DNA of 64,000 nucleotides from Octopus sinensis (lineage: Eukaryota). Position numbers and translations under genes: made by a program. How positions within the stretch are numbered: position 1 is the stretch's first letter; every line of letters begins with the position of its first letter. A model generated the notes under the pieces. That model had not been told where the DNA came from and made no database searches. It saw only the letters and a program-made list of their open reading frames with translations. The stretch lies in the NCBI RefSeq assembly GCF_006345805.1, contig NC_043006.1, positions 81,220,001-81,284,000 on the forward strand. Direction: 5' to 3'. Of this stretch, positions 50,820-63,284 are shown piece after piece.

Positions 50820-51047
50820 AATACTTACCCCACAGACACACCTACGCCTATATATATATATGTGTATGTATATATATATATATATATATATATTGAATGT
50901 TTAAGTAGTTGGATGAATTATCCTAGTATGGATAATTCAGTTAACCGATACCCGGGTAGCAAATTTACGTCAGAAAGCACGGTTGAAGCTACATGCCAAG
51001 GGCAGAAATTACGTGCTTTCGTGTGGAAATTTGTGTGTTTTTTTACT

Positions 51048-51293
51048 ATAAATAAATGAAAGAATGGAGTCGAACGACGATTTAACAAAATTCCTTTATT
51101 CTCGACATATGAGTCATCTAAAAGTTTTTGTTCGTCATGATGCTGACGTAAGTTCCTTGTTTTTCCTGATGAGAAGGCGGCATAATGCACACTTTATTCC
51201 TTCGGAATTGGGAGTATGCGGTCTTCGAGACATATGTCGAGAATAAATTAATTTTGTTAAAACGTCGTTCGACTCATTCTTTCATTTATTTAT
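51048..51293. mobile_element. MITE-like element with ~64-bp imperfect terminal inverted repeats
   Basis: Left end ATAAATAAATGAAAGAATGGAGTCGAACGACGATTTAACAAAATTCCTTTATTCTCGACATATG; the right end is its reverse complement with about 4 differences. Confidence 0.75.
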
Positions 51294-51295
51294 CT

Positions 51296-51680
51296 ACTAG
51301 CAGTATCGCCCGGCGTTGCTCAGGTTTGTAAGGGAAATAACTATAAAGCATTTTTAGAGAGTTATAGCCAAAAAATAGCAAAAAAATGGAAAAAATGATG
51401 GTAAATTTTTTTTTGAGATTTAAAAAAGGTAGAGTTGCGTCCCCTAGACAGTTTGTGGTTCGTATTCCTGATTCTCGACCCCATGTCGAATTTATCGATT
51501 TTTTTCAGAACTGGGGGAACTTTTCAAAATTTTCGCTGCGTTAGTTTTGAATTATGACATTGGGCTATGTGTGTGTCAAGTTTCATCAGAATCGGTTGAA
51601 AGCCGTGGTCAGGTGAGGTACAAGCAAACAGACACACAGAAACACGCACAGACAAACTGCCGTTTATATAGAGAGAGATA
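51296..51680 (+). mobile_element. Non-autonomous Helitron/HINE-like element (same family as 9241-9621)
   Basis: Starts ACTAGCAGTATCGCCCGGCGTTGCTC, ends ACAGACAAACTGCCGTTTATATAGAGAG. Confidence 0.6.
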
Positions 51681-52705
51681 CATATATATATATATATATA
51701 TATCATCTTCCTTCCTTTCATGTTATTTCATAAATATTACATTGAAATGCAGAGTTTTCGGAAATTTGTGATTTCATCTGATTCTCTACTTCCAGATTGT
51801 AGGCTGTGTCTAAGAAGCTTGATTCAGTTACAGCACATCAGGGAAATATTTTCTATTACATACTCGGGTCGAGCAAAGCGCTGGGAGTGAGTTTGATAGA
51901 CAGTAGCTGTATGGAATCTTTTCTTACCTCCCCCACACACATACATACACACACACACACTCACACACACACGCACACACACACACACCACATAATATAC
52001 GCCAGGTATCTATACAATTTTCGTCTAACAAATTCATTCAGAAGACTTTTATCGGTGTCAGCCCCTATTGCAGAATACTAATTGCCAAAGGTGCTACACG
52101 GTGGGGCAGTACCCATAACCACGTGGTTGCGGTGCAAAATAATTAAATACACAGCGATAACTGTTGAAGGTTATTCTAACTCGAATATCAGTTTCCTTTA
52201 ACTAATCTAAACTATTTTCATCAAGATCAAATTAGTTTGTGTTATATACACGGTTTTTGCAAAGGCATTAGTTTTGATATATCGATTTATTTCCTGGGAA
52301 CTGCCACTTAGTTCAGTTTTCTCAGAACTGCAGTCCACACGAACTTTTTCAGTGTATGCTTACCTCACAGATTTCAAATCATGAATCGCAATCAAAGTAT
52401 CAAATTCGGGGAGATGTCGTCAGTCTAAAATGCATTGCATAAGTCTTACGAGTTGGTGCTGAATAATATCTTCCTTTAGTCCAAATCGTGAGAAGTTATA
52501 AGCTTCGAACAGGCCGTAGAAGGAATAAAAAATAACAACTTTCAGAAACAATAGCAGTTTATTGACGTAGAAGGTTGTAACTTTTGCCTACATCGAAGTT
52601 CGATAAGCTGAACAGAGTTAATTTATAGATTACAGTTAGCAACTGGGGTTGCTGTGTATGCGAATAAAAATTCAGAATTAGGGATTAGAGTAGATAAAAC
52701 TATAT

Positions 52706-53120
52706 TTTACTCTTTTACTTGTTTCAGTCATTTGACTGTGGCCATGCTGAAGCACCGTCTTTAGTCGAGCAAATCTACCCCAGGACTTATTCTTTGTAAG
52801 CCTAGTACTTATTCTATCGATATCTTTTGCCGAACTGCTAACTTACGGGGACGTTAACACACCCGCCTCGGTTGTGAAGGGATGTTGGAGGGACAAACAC
52901 AGACACACAAGCATATACACACACACATATATATATATATATATTTACATATATACGACAGGCTTCCTTCAGTTTCCATCTACCAATTCCACTTGCAAGG
53001 CTTCGGTCGGCCTGAGGCTATAGTAGAAGACACTTGCCCAAGGTGCCATGCAGTGGGACTGAACCCGGAACCATGTGGCTGGTAAGCAAGCTACTTACCA
53101 CACACCCACTCCTACTCCTA
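52706..53120 (-). mobile_element. SINE family A, full length
   Basis: Tail TACTCTTTTACTTGTTTCAGTCATTTGACTG at about 52708; head ends CCACACACCCACTCCTACTCC at about 53118. Confidence 0.85.
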
Positions 53121-53271
53121 TTCTGGCATCATATGTTTCATAGCTAACAGAAACTCGGAAGTAGTAATTACCCAAACGAAGGCTAATCCGCTAGCTACTC
53201 GTCGCGCCAGAGATACCTTAATCAAATGAAATTTACATTGTTGTCAAGAAAGAAGTTCGGATATTATTTTA

Positions 53272-53479
53272 TTCTTTTATTTGCTTCAGTCATTTGACTG
53301 CGGCCATGCTGGAGCACCAACTTTAGTGGAACAAATCTACCCTAGGGCTTATTCTTTGTAAGCTTATTTTTCATTCTATCGGACTCTTCCGCCGAACCAC
53401 CGATGTTACGGGGACGTAAACACACCAAATTCGGTTGTCAAGTGATGGAGGGGGAACAAACACAGATGCACAAATGTAT

Positions 53480-53500
<21 letters not shown>
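53272..53500 (-). mobile_element. SINE family A, 3' half running into a long (TA)n
   Basis: CAGTCATTTGACTGCGGCCATGCTGGAGCACC...GTTGTCAAGTGATGG. Confidence 0.8.
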
Positions 53501-53536
<36 letters not shown>

Positions 53537-53545
53537 ATATGTGTG

Positions 53546-53632
<87 letters not shown>

Positions 53633-53641
53633 ATATATTAT

Positions 53642-53830
53642 ATATAGTTAATCCAAACAAGAAAACACAAAAAAAACACAGCAACGCGAGGACGTGGAAC
53701 AAATATAGTATTATTGGACGCTCAGGAAAGAAGGAAAGAAGGAGGGTTTAACGTTTCGAGCGGAGCTCTTCGTCGGAGCATAGGCGAAGGAAAGATCCAG
53801 AGAAGGGAAGACAGAGGAAAAAAATCGCTA
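53642..53830 (-). mobile_element. Short PLE-terminus-like element with hammerhead-like motif (53745-53782)
   Basis: Minus strand CCGACGA-A-GAGC-TCC-GCTC-GAAA-CG-TT-AAAC, then TTTCCTGAGCGTCCAATAATAC and a T-rich run into (TA)n. Confidence 0.5.
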
Positions 53831-53967
53831 ACGGTACACTCGAGGTCACATTTCGAAATATATATTTTGCATATATATATATAAGCATGAGTGTGTGTGT
53901 ATATATGTATATGTATATATATACATATTTATATACATATACATATACACACACATACGCATATATA

Positions 53968-54039
<72 letters not shown>

Positions 54040-54891
54040 TGGAAGGTTTGGAGTTGATGTACATGTATTATATATTAAAAGAAACAAGATACACTCAGAA
54101 ATCTGGATGGTTTTATATTTACAGATATTTATTAATATGTCACATGTTTTTTATAAATCATATATTAGCACTTGCGTCCACTCTAGTGGAGTCTTCAGAT
54201 TGAGTGGATTCTTCAGATGCTTTTCGTTTCACTACAGTCGTGTTTCATATTGATGAACAAAAGTGCTAGATCATGCAAAATAAAATTGTTTTAATCAGAT
54301 GAATACTGGTAAGAACTAACTGTTAAATCTTCTCACAAAACAGAACATACTTCGGTTGAGTTATATGGCACTATGTTCTGCTTTGTGGGTTAATTCCAAC
54401 AAGTTCAGCGATCAGGTAGAGGCTGCTTACTCTGGATCGGTTGACCATGTGTTAAAAGAAATAACAACGTTTCTATGAGACTGACTTCATATCACAAACC
54501 CCGTCCACGCTCTTAAATAGCTGTACAATCCTGTTGTAAAGGAGGAAGACAAGCCTACTCGCCCACACACACATCTTAATAAATCGCAACATTGCTTCCT
54601 AAACATTACTATAGATTTTTGCTACCATGCCTGCTTACATACATAAATACATACGTACATAATTACATGAATAACTACTCACACAAATACGCACAGATAC
54701 ACACCTGCAAACACATACACACACATAACACACACAAATACATAGGGACGCATGTCAGTTATATATAAATATATTTATTTACATAAACTCATGTATATAT
54801 ATATATATATATATATATAGTAATCTCTCTCTCTCTTTCTCTTTTCATATATATATACATGAGTATATGTAAATAAATATGTTTATATATA

Positions 54892-54941
<50 letters not shown>

Positions 54942-54949
54942 TTCTCTCT

Positions 54950-54990
<41 letters not shown>

Positions 54991-55585
54991 TATATATATG
55001 TGTGTGGGAATGTATATGCATACCTACACCCTCTTCATAGATATATAGGTGAAAGCAATAGATCCGTTTGAATAATGTGTTTAAATGTGTATAACTACGT
55101 GTGTGCGAATAAACTTTCCATTTCATGCACTTCTTTTTATCAGGCAAATAGAAGTACAGCGAATTGAATTTCTAATAAAATTTATATTCAATAGGAACCA
55201 ATAAATATATTGAACAACAAGAATATATCAAGGACTTATATCTTCTTTATCTTCATTACATATCTTCAGTGCAGTTTAATTAAAAGATTAAATTACAAAG
55301 TTCTCTGCTGATTATTTTTCTATATTTCTGTTTCAAAGTTATTTGATGTGATTTTACTTCTAGAGTTCTAATTTATATCTCTTTTTAACCCGAGTATACC
55401 TAGAAGTAAAGATCACAAATCCGTAGATTGTATGTGTATATGTATATGTATACATGTGTGTTTGTATATATACATATATATACATATACAGATATATATA
55501 TATATCTATATATATACCGGAGTAAACACATAAATGTGAAACAGGGTGGAAAAAAGAGTACTCAAATACCAGTGGTAGTAATATG

Positions 55586-55740
55586 CTTTATTTAAAGCAG
55601 CAGAAAATTCAACAAAATCTGTTACTCTGAGTTTCTCGTTGCCGTTCATCAGACAGTTTTTGCTAGAAACTGTCTGATGAACGGCAACGAGAAACTCAGA
55701 GTAACAGATTTTGTTGAATTTTCTGCTGCTTTAAATAAAG
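55586..55740. repeat. Perfect palindrome, 74-bp arms, 7-nt loop, right arm ending at (TA)n
   Basis: 55586-55659 is the exact reverse complement of 55667-55740; loop TTGCTAG. Confidence 0.97.
55670..55707 (+). ncRNA. Minimal type I hammerhead motif (mirror copy on minus strand at 55619-55656)
   Basis: CTGT-CTGATGA-A-CG(GCAA)CG-A-GAAA-CT(CAG)AG-TA-ACAG: canonical core, 4-bp stem I, GNRA-capped stem II with an A-A mismatch at its base, 3-bp stem III, GUA triplet. Confidence 0.65.
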
Positions 55741-55771
55741 TATATATATATATATATAATATATATAATAT

Positions 55772-55831
<60 letters not shown>

Positions 55832-55842
55832 GTATATATATG

Positions 55843-55876
<34 letters not shown>

Positions 55877-56106
55877 CATGTGCGGGTGTATGTTTACCTA
55901 TATATTATATATACATGTATACTCATGTACTTATATACATATTACCTAATAGCAGGTATCTCTCTCTATATATATACATACATATATGTGTATATATATA
56001 TGTATATATATATATGCAATATATATATATATATGTATATATATATATGTATAAGTATGATATATTATATATATATACCATATAATATACACATATATAT
56101 ATATAT

Positions 56107-56140
<34 letters not shown>

Positions 56141-56480
56141 AGATAGATAGATTATATAGGGGTATATGTGTGTGGGCATGTTAATGTGCGTGTGTGTGAA
56201 TTACGTAAAACTAATGGTTTTATACTGAATTATTTTGCAATAATTATACAACAAAGGAGCCTGAATGACTTCTCGCCATCATCTTTCACGAGATTCTGGG
56301 GCGTAGTCATAGATAAGATGCGTTATTGACAGGCACAAACTAACTGAGAGAAACGATGGTATATTCTGTTACTGTAAGGGCGTAGTCTGTATAATATATT
56401 GTGATGTGTATTACCTTCCCCCTCTCCCCATCTCCCACTCATTCTCTCTCTCTCTTATCCCTCTTCTTTTTCTCTCTTAT

Positions 56481-56574
<94 letters not shown>

Positions 56575-56710
56575 ATATATATTGCGGGAGAGTGAGTGTA
56601 TACTACATATCGATCTCTATTAAATCGGAATTAAATTTCTCAATTAAGATTGAGTACATGTGCACTAGTGCGTCCAGAATAATCTTTTGTATATATATAT
56701 ATATATATTA

Positions 56711-57197
56711 TATTGGGAAAGACTCAAGAGATTAAAATATATTCCTGGAGGTAGGCGGGAAAGATATGCCATAATATACATCTGGAAGATCCTGGAGGGA
56801 AGTGTCCTGAACTTGCATCGAGAGTTACGCAAACGCCAGAACTGGGCGCCACTGCGTGGTGCTAGGACTCCAAACTTGCCATCAAGATGTAGGACAAGAT
56901 TCTGTGATAGCCTGGGCTTCGAGGCCCACAGCTCTTCAATATCCTCCGATGAACCTGAGAGACCTGCATGGGGTGGATACAGATGTCTTAAAATGGAGCT
57001 GGATCTCTTCCTGTAGGTGTCCCAGATGACACAACTTCACGGCAGGAGGGGCAGATGAGGGCAGCTGCATCGAACTCTCTCATGCACCATAGCAGTTGCT
57101 AGAAAGCCTCCATGAAGTGAAACAAGTAGCAACACCAAATGGCGGTGCCCCAGCATGGCCACAGCTCATGAGCTGAAACTGGAATCAATCAATCAAT
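56711..57197 (+). pseudogene. CR1-like LINE 3' end (RT C-terminus, 3' UTR, tail with (ATCA)n)
   Basis: ORF 56687-57016: YWERLKRLK...RRERYAIIYIWKILEG...RTRFCDSLGF...KMELDLFL, homologous to 6641-7250. Tail AATGGCGGTGCCCCAGCATGGCCACAGCTCATGAGCTGAAACTGGAATCAATC. Confidence 0.85.
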
Positions 57198-57485
57198 CAA
57201 TCATATATATATATATAAAAATACACACACACACACACACTCACACACACAAGTACACACACACACGCACACACACACACACGTATATATATTCATCAAA
57301 ACACAGTACGAGTGGCATTGCAGTCAAAGTCACATAAGCATATGCTCACTCCTGGAAACCCGGACATGCGTATACGAGCGGATGGATCCTTTACGTCACG
57401 TAATACATTCTTCGTCTCTGAGCAGTAATCGAAGAATATGTTGCAAAATGTTATCATTAGACGACAGTTCCATTAGTGCAATGGA

Positions 57486-57720
57486 AGGCGGCGAGCTGGC
57501 AGAAACGTTAGCACGCCGGGCGAAATGCCTAGCCGTATTTCGTCTGCCACTACTTTCTGAGTTCAAATTCCGCCGAGGTCGACTTTGCCTTTCATCCTTT
57601 CGCAGTCGATTAAATAAGTACCAGTTACGCACTGGGGTCGATGTAATCGACTTAATCCCTTTGTCCGTCCTTGCTTGTCCTCCCTGTGTTTAGCCCCTTG
57701 TGGGTAGTAAAGAAATAGGT
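57486..57720 (+). mobile_element. SINE family C, full length (core resembles the MetaSINE central domain)
   Basis: GGCGGCGAGCTGGCAGAAACGTTAGC head; GTCGACTTTGCCTTTCATCCTTTCG...TAAATAAGTACCAG core; tail GTGGGTAGTAAAGAAATAGG. The MetaSINE likeness is from memory and unverified. Confidence 0.85.
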
Positions 57721-57784
57721 GTCGCAGTTGTGCAGTGGGTTTCACTCAAATGGTCGAATATCAAGTTATAAAGATATATATTGA

Positions 57785-57966
57785 GGCACAGCAGTGGCTA
57801 TATGGTGAAAAGCTTGCTTCCCGACCACATGGTTCCAGGTTCAGCGCCATTGCATAGCACCTTGTACAAGTGCCTTCTATAACCTCGGGTCGACCGAAGC
57901 CTTGTGATTGGATCTGGTAGACGGAAACTGAAAGAAGCCCGTCGTATATATATATATACGTGTGTG

Positions 57967-58007
<41 letters not shown>

Positions 58008-58188
58008 TTATGTTTGTGTTTCTCCCTCATCACTGCTTGACAAAAGGTGTTAGTGTGTTTATGTCCCCGAAACCTAGCGGTTCGTCAAAATGGACGATAG
58101 AATAAGTACTAGGTCTAAAAAGTAAGTCCTGGGGCCGATAAGGCGATAATCCAGCGTGGCCGCAGTCAAATGACTGAAACAAGTAAAA

Positions 58189-58190
<2 letters not shown>
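57785..58190 (+). mobile_element. SINE family A with internal (TG)n
   Basis: Body GGTAGACGGAAACTGAAAGAAGCCCGTCG; tail GGCCGCAGTCAAATGACTGAAACAAGTAAAAG. Confidence 0.8.
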
Positions 58191-58253
<63 letters not shown>

Positions 58254-61200
58254 ATGTATGTGTTATGTGTGGTGCTTGCATTTCTTGGCTTCAAGGTGAA
58301 AGCCATCAATATAGAAGTGTGTCACCGTTTACTGGGGATATAGGCTGGTGTCCAGAAAAGTTCTCATTTTTGTCCATATGCCTTCGTTAATTGATCGTAT
58401 GATCAGCCATGCTTTGAATAACTCCATACGTCGCAGGGCTACTTATGACAACTATAATTGGGTTGGTGTTACATTTATATGTTGGCGCTCCAGGCAACGG
58501 TATCGAGCTTTGCTTTTCCTTTCATAAACCTGGACATGTGTAAAAGACAAGACATGTATAAAAGACGGGATTTCAGAGTTTTCAGAGAACAGGTGAACGC
58601 AAGGTACTTAGTACACTTTCTCTTATCAAATTTGAGGATTGTCTAATTAATGTACAAGATTAATTAATTATTATCTATATTGAAATTTGCAAAATAATCG
58701 CAAAATCTTTTTGTTTCCTCCAGTTACACATATATATTCTTTAGTTTTGTCGACTTAGAGATTTGTAATGAAAACATTGACAAATCTCTAATTTGTTTGT
58801 TCTTATCAAACTAAAACCCAGATTTTGCACAAAATTAAATCCTTATATAACATGTTTTGTTGTAGAATTGTATCACATGGCTTTTTCACTATCTTCCACT
58901 GTTTAATTTTCAGAGTTGAAATAGCAATGCAGCTTGATAATCACGTCTTCTCTTTTGCTATATTTAATTCAAAACTACTTTATGCAGTACATTTATCCAA
59001 TTTTAAGAAGATATAATGAACATTGAATGAGATTTGGTTGCTAATTTGAGCTGGTCGAGCATAGTCAAATATGCTAAACGCAAAACTGCATTCATTATCT
59101 TGTGTTGTTAATTATCTCTATATCTTCCTTTTATGGCTTCAAATTCCATGCCAAAATTCCTTTAGTTCTTCCGTAGTTGTTATCAACTACGGAGCAATGG
59201 AAGCGCGATTAATTCAATCATTTCGTTATTGTGCAATCAATAAAAAAAAAATACATGTAGCACTCACTCGACTATTACATGTTCAGATAAAATCTTGCCG
59301 TTTGCTTAATTAAAAAATCAATTTCAAGAGTTTTCTTCATTGGTATTGAAAGCAAGTAGTCGACGAGCGAGTCCATAATTGGGTGTTTATTCCCAGTTGC
59401 AATAATTTACTACCATGAAATGTATGCCTCCTTTAGATCATGACATTCGGAGCTATAGTATCAATCATTCTCTATTCTAAATATATAGGGCGGGAAGCTG
59501 GCAGGATCGTTAGATTGCCGGAAAAAATCTTTTGCAGTATTTCTTTTGGCCAATTATATCCTGAGCTCAAATCCCACAGAGGTCACCTTTGCCATTCACC
59601 TCTCAGCAGTCGAATGTATCCACTAACCTTCTCACTTCAAAACAACTATACTTTTGCCTAAATTAGGGATCTTTATTTATTGTAGACTCGAGCGACTGAG
59701 TGACAGAATGTAGAAAAATTTAAGTTTTTTATATTTCCGTTCCTATATTAACTGAGATCAAATATTTACAGAGTTGACATTATTTTTTGATTCCGCACGT
59801 TTCAGACAAATAAACATTAGTGACCAGGCTATTTCAATTAACTATAAACCATACTTTTCAAATACGTGGCATTACTTACTTGTAAGAAAATATGTGTTCT
59901 ACAGGAAGTTCATGTCTCAAGTCATAAGTATTTTATCTCTATCGGTGAGCGCCGTAATATAAAAAGTTACTGGATTCCAAAACCTGTAGTCGAATTTTGC
60001 TGTTGTCATTTTCTTTTATAATACCTTGATAGCAACATGAAAGACATTTGATGTAATCCTCTTCCACGTACAAAGAATCATAAGCTTTATTCTTTATATA
60101 AAAGAAACATAGGCAATTATTATCCGTAAGAAATTACGAGAAATTGCTGAAGTGTGCACTTCTTCAAAGAGTTACTTGCACAAAGTCTTCAAAAATAGAC
60201 ATGATATTCAGAGAAAGGAAATAATAAAATGATAAAATGAAGATAACTCTACTCATGTAAGTGAACCTAGAAGAGAGATGAATGCATATTTCAGGCGAAT
60301 GATCATATTTGAAACTAGACGTTATTTTGTGCTTGTTATTGAATGTATTAACCGACTGATTAGTCATTTCCTCAATGTTTGAGATTAAGACATCTGTTAC
60401 TAAAAATAATATATTCCACTCACTTTGTTGTAGAATTCTCTTGTCGATCACTGTTTGAAAGAAGTACATGATAGAAATTCCAAATTTAGTTTAAAGAAAC
60501 TTTAAGCATTGAACTGATGTTATAACGCTTAGGTAGATAACACGTTGAGACGAATGAAAATCGATGTAAATACATTTGCAGTATATCCATCATTTTCGTT
60601 TTCTTTTTTTTCTGTTGGAGAACAACTTAATATAATAATTAAATCAACGCCGATTTCATCAAATAATTGTAAAGTTTTTGTAATATCTTACTTTCTGAAA
60701 CACCAAGTGTAACAAGATACTTGCCTACTTTGTATAATATATATATATATATATATATATAAAGACTTTTACACGAAAGGAAAAAATATGGAAGATAACT
60801 GTTCACTCAAACTACCTGCTCTCATCTTCTACAACGGCTCACGATGGCTACGGACTATTCTTGAGCGTTATACTAATACATCTGTTTGTTATATACACCA
60901 CCTGTCTTCGTCTTTTGTTTTTTTGTAAACTCTCCCTATACATGTATGTATGTATGTATGTATGTATGTATGTATGTATGTATGTATGTATGTGTGTATG
61001 TGTGTGTGCGTACGTGTGTGTAATTATACAATTGCATTCGTACGCCGCATTTTTGAAGAGGGCCTTAGACAATTCTGTGAAGAAAGAAGAAATGCACCCA
61101 ATACCAGAGCTGAAGACACCTCCGAAAGGAGGGGGCCCCGCAACGTCAAAACGGTAGAGGAGTAGGGGCCGTAACCGGACGTGGTTCCTCCTGATGATGT

Positions 61201-61430
61201 CTTGAGCTAACTGGATCCTATAAAGGATCTGTTGTGGTAGCAGACCACGAAACACAGTTGTAATTCATGTGAAGTCGCTGCAGAATGTGGCCAATCCCTG
61301 GCTGTTGGAAGGCCACATGTGTAGCAGCAGCTGTCGGCTCCTTGCCATACCTCAGGAAAGAGTGAGAAATAGTGGTCAGAGAATTTCTCCGACTTCATCA
61401 GCCCCAACTTCTGGCCTAATTTCTTGTAAT

Positions 61431-62031
61431 GCCCATATCATTCCGGTTTGGCAAAAGAGACAGATAGAATAAGGACAATACTTGAAAACTGAAAACTGGG
61501 GTCTATTTGCTTGACTAAACCCCTAAAAGCGGTGCCTAAGCATGGCTGCAGTCTAATGACTGAAACAAGTAAAAGATAAAGCATACAGCACGTAATGCCA
61601 CGGATCATTATGCATAGGACACAGTTGAGAAAAATATCAACCGCTCTGCCTACAACAACACAGCTTAGCTGGCAGCAAAGATGAAAGAAGTGTTCGAATA
61701 ACTTTCAAAGAACACACGTTCCGTAGCCGTCGGGAGTCGTGGTAGAAGCTGAGAGCAGGTAGTTTGAGTGAACAGTTATCTTCCATATTATTTTTTTAAA
61801 TACATTCATTGTAGGAGGCGATATTGTCTTTTCTTTTCCTTTCGTGCAAACTGTTCAATATAGCCTGAACGTGCTGTATGTTTTATCTTTTACTTGTTTC
61901 AGTCATTAGACTGCAGCCATGCTGAGGCACCGCTTTCAGGGGTTTAGCCAAACAAATAGACCCCAGTTTTCATTTTTCAAGTATTGTCCTTATTCTATCT
62001 GTCTCTTTTTCCAAACCGGTATGATATGGGC
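61431..62031. repeat. Inverted pair of SINE A 3' halves, 163-bp arms (61431-61593 / 61869-62031), 275-bp spacer
   Basis: About 8 mismatches and no net indel by eye. Identity extends 12 bp (CATACAGCACGT) past the SINE tail. Confidence 0.85.
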
Positions 62032-62146
62032 GCACAAACAAACCAAAACCGGTTATCAAGCAGTGGAGGGGAAGAAGCACAAATACAGAGACACACACAC
62101 ATAAACACACGTACACGCACAAGCGCATATAAAAATATATATATAT

Positions 62147-62180
<34 letters not shown>

Positions 62181-63174
62181 CATAAGTATATATACATATG
62201 TATGTCTGTATATCATGGCTAAACTTGTTTTGGCTCTTATTTCTAGCAATGGTGGTGCTGATTAGAACTCTCAGTTACTTTAATGACATTGTATCTCTGC
62301 CTTTTGGTTGTAAATTGCGAATAGCAATCTTATTAATTTAAGCACACCCCCCCCCACACACACACACAAATACACACATAATTTTGTCAATCTAATTCAT
62401 TTTGATTAATATATAAAGGATTGAGGTAACACCTCCAGTGGATATAGAGTCAAAATTAGAAGAGGGCCATTGTCATCTTTTGAACGATATTTCGACATCT
62501 TTTGTGTCTTAAACAGGTTCAAAAAATAATTTTGTCAATTCTACTTCATTTTCGTTAATATATAAAGGATTGAGGTAACTCCTCCTGAAGATACAGAGTA
62601 TTCCTACTTCATCGCTTCATCTGACACCTACTTACTCTCTTCACTCCTACCCACCTCCTCTCCTCGTTGACACCCCCACCCCACACCTCTACCTACATCC
62701 ACGAACCCAATCCGCTCTCTATTCCCATCCCACGCTGCAACACTACACCACCCCATACTACTCCACACAACTAGCACTCATAACTTCCCAGCACCCACAC
62801 CACACACCATCATCGACATATCCTCACACCCTCGTCCACACACCCACACAATCTTCAGTAGCGTCACCACACATACCACTATATGAGCAGCCACACGCTA
62901 TAGATGCACACACTTACACACGCACACATTCACACACGTCAGTCACTAGCCCTGTTTGCACACACACACACACACTTACACATTCACACGTACCTTTCTC
63001 ACATACACACACACACGCTCGCGCGCGCACCTCCAGTGGGATTACCATCACCTTATTACATTATTATCTCCCTTTATTCTAGCCTCTTCTTTCAAACTAT
63101 TATTCTTTTTAGTCATCATGACTTACTGTTAAATCTACAGGTTTCTATTTTTTCTCTTTCAGTTTTATTTTCTC

Positions 63175-63262
63175 TTATTCTTTTCTGTTGAAGAGCGAAC
63201 GCTTGAAACGTAAGAGACTTTTTCACTTTTCTGAGTGTCAAACTATTACACATGTTTCTTAT
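63175..63262 (+). mobile_element. Short PLE-terminus-like element with hammerhead-like motif
   Basis: TTTT-CTGTTGA-A-GAGC-GAAC-GCTT-GAAA-CG-TA-AGAG, then TTTCTGAGTGTCAAACTATTACAC. Confidence 0.5.
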
Positions 63263-63284
63263 ACACACACACACTCTCTCTCTC

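Noticed and set aside
62390-62600. ~70-bp imperfect direct repeat about 150 bp apart
   Set aside because: A small, old local duplication with no further structure.
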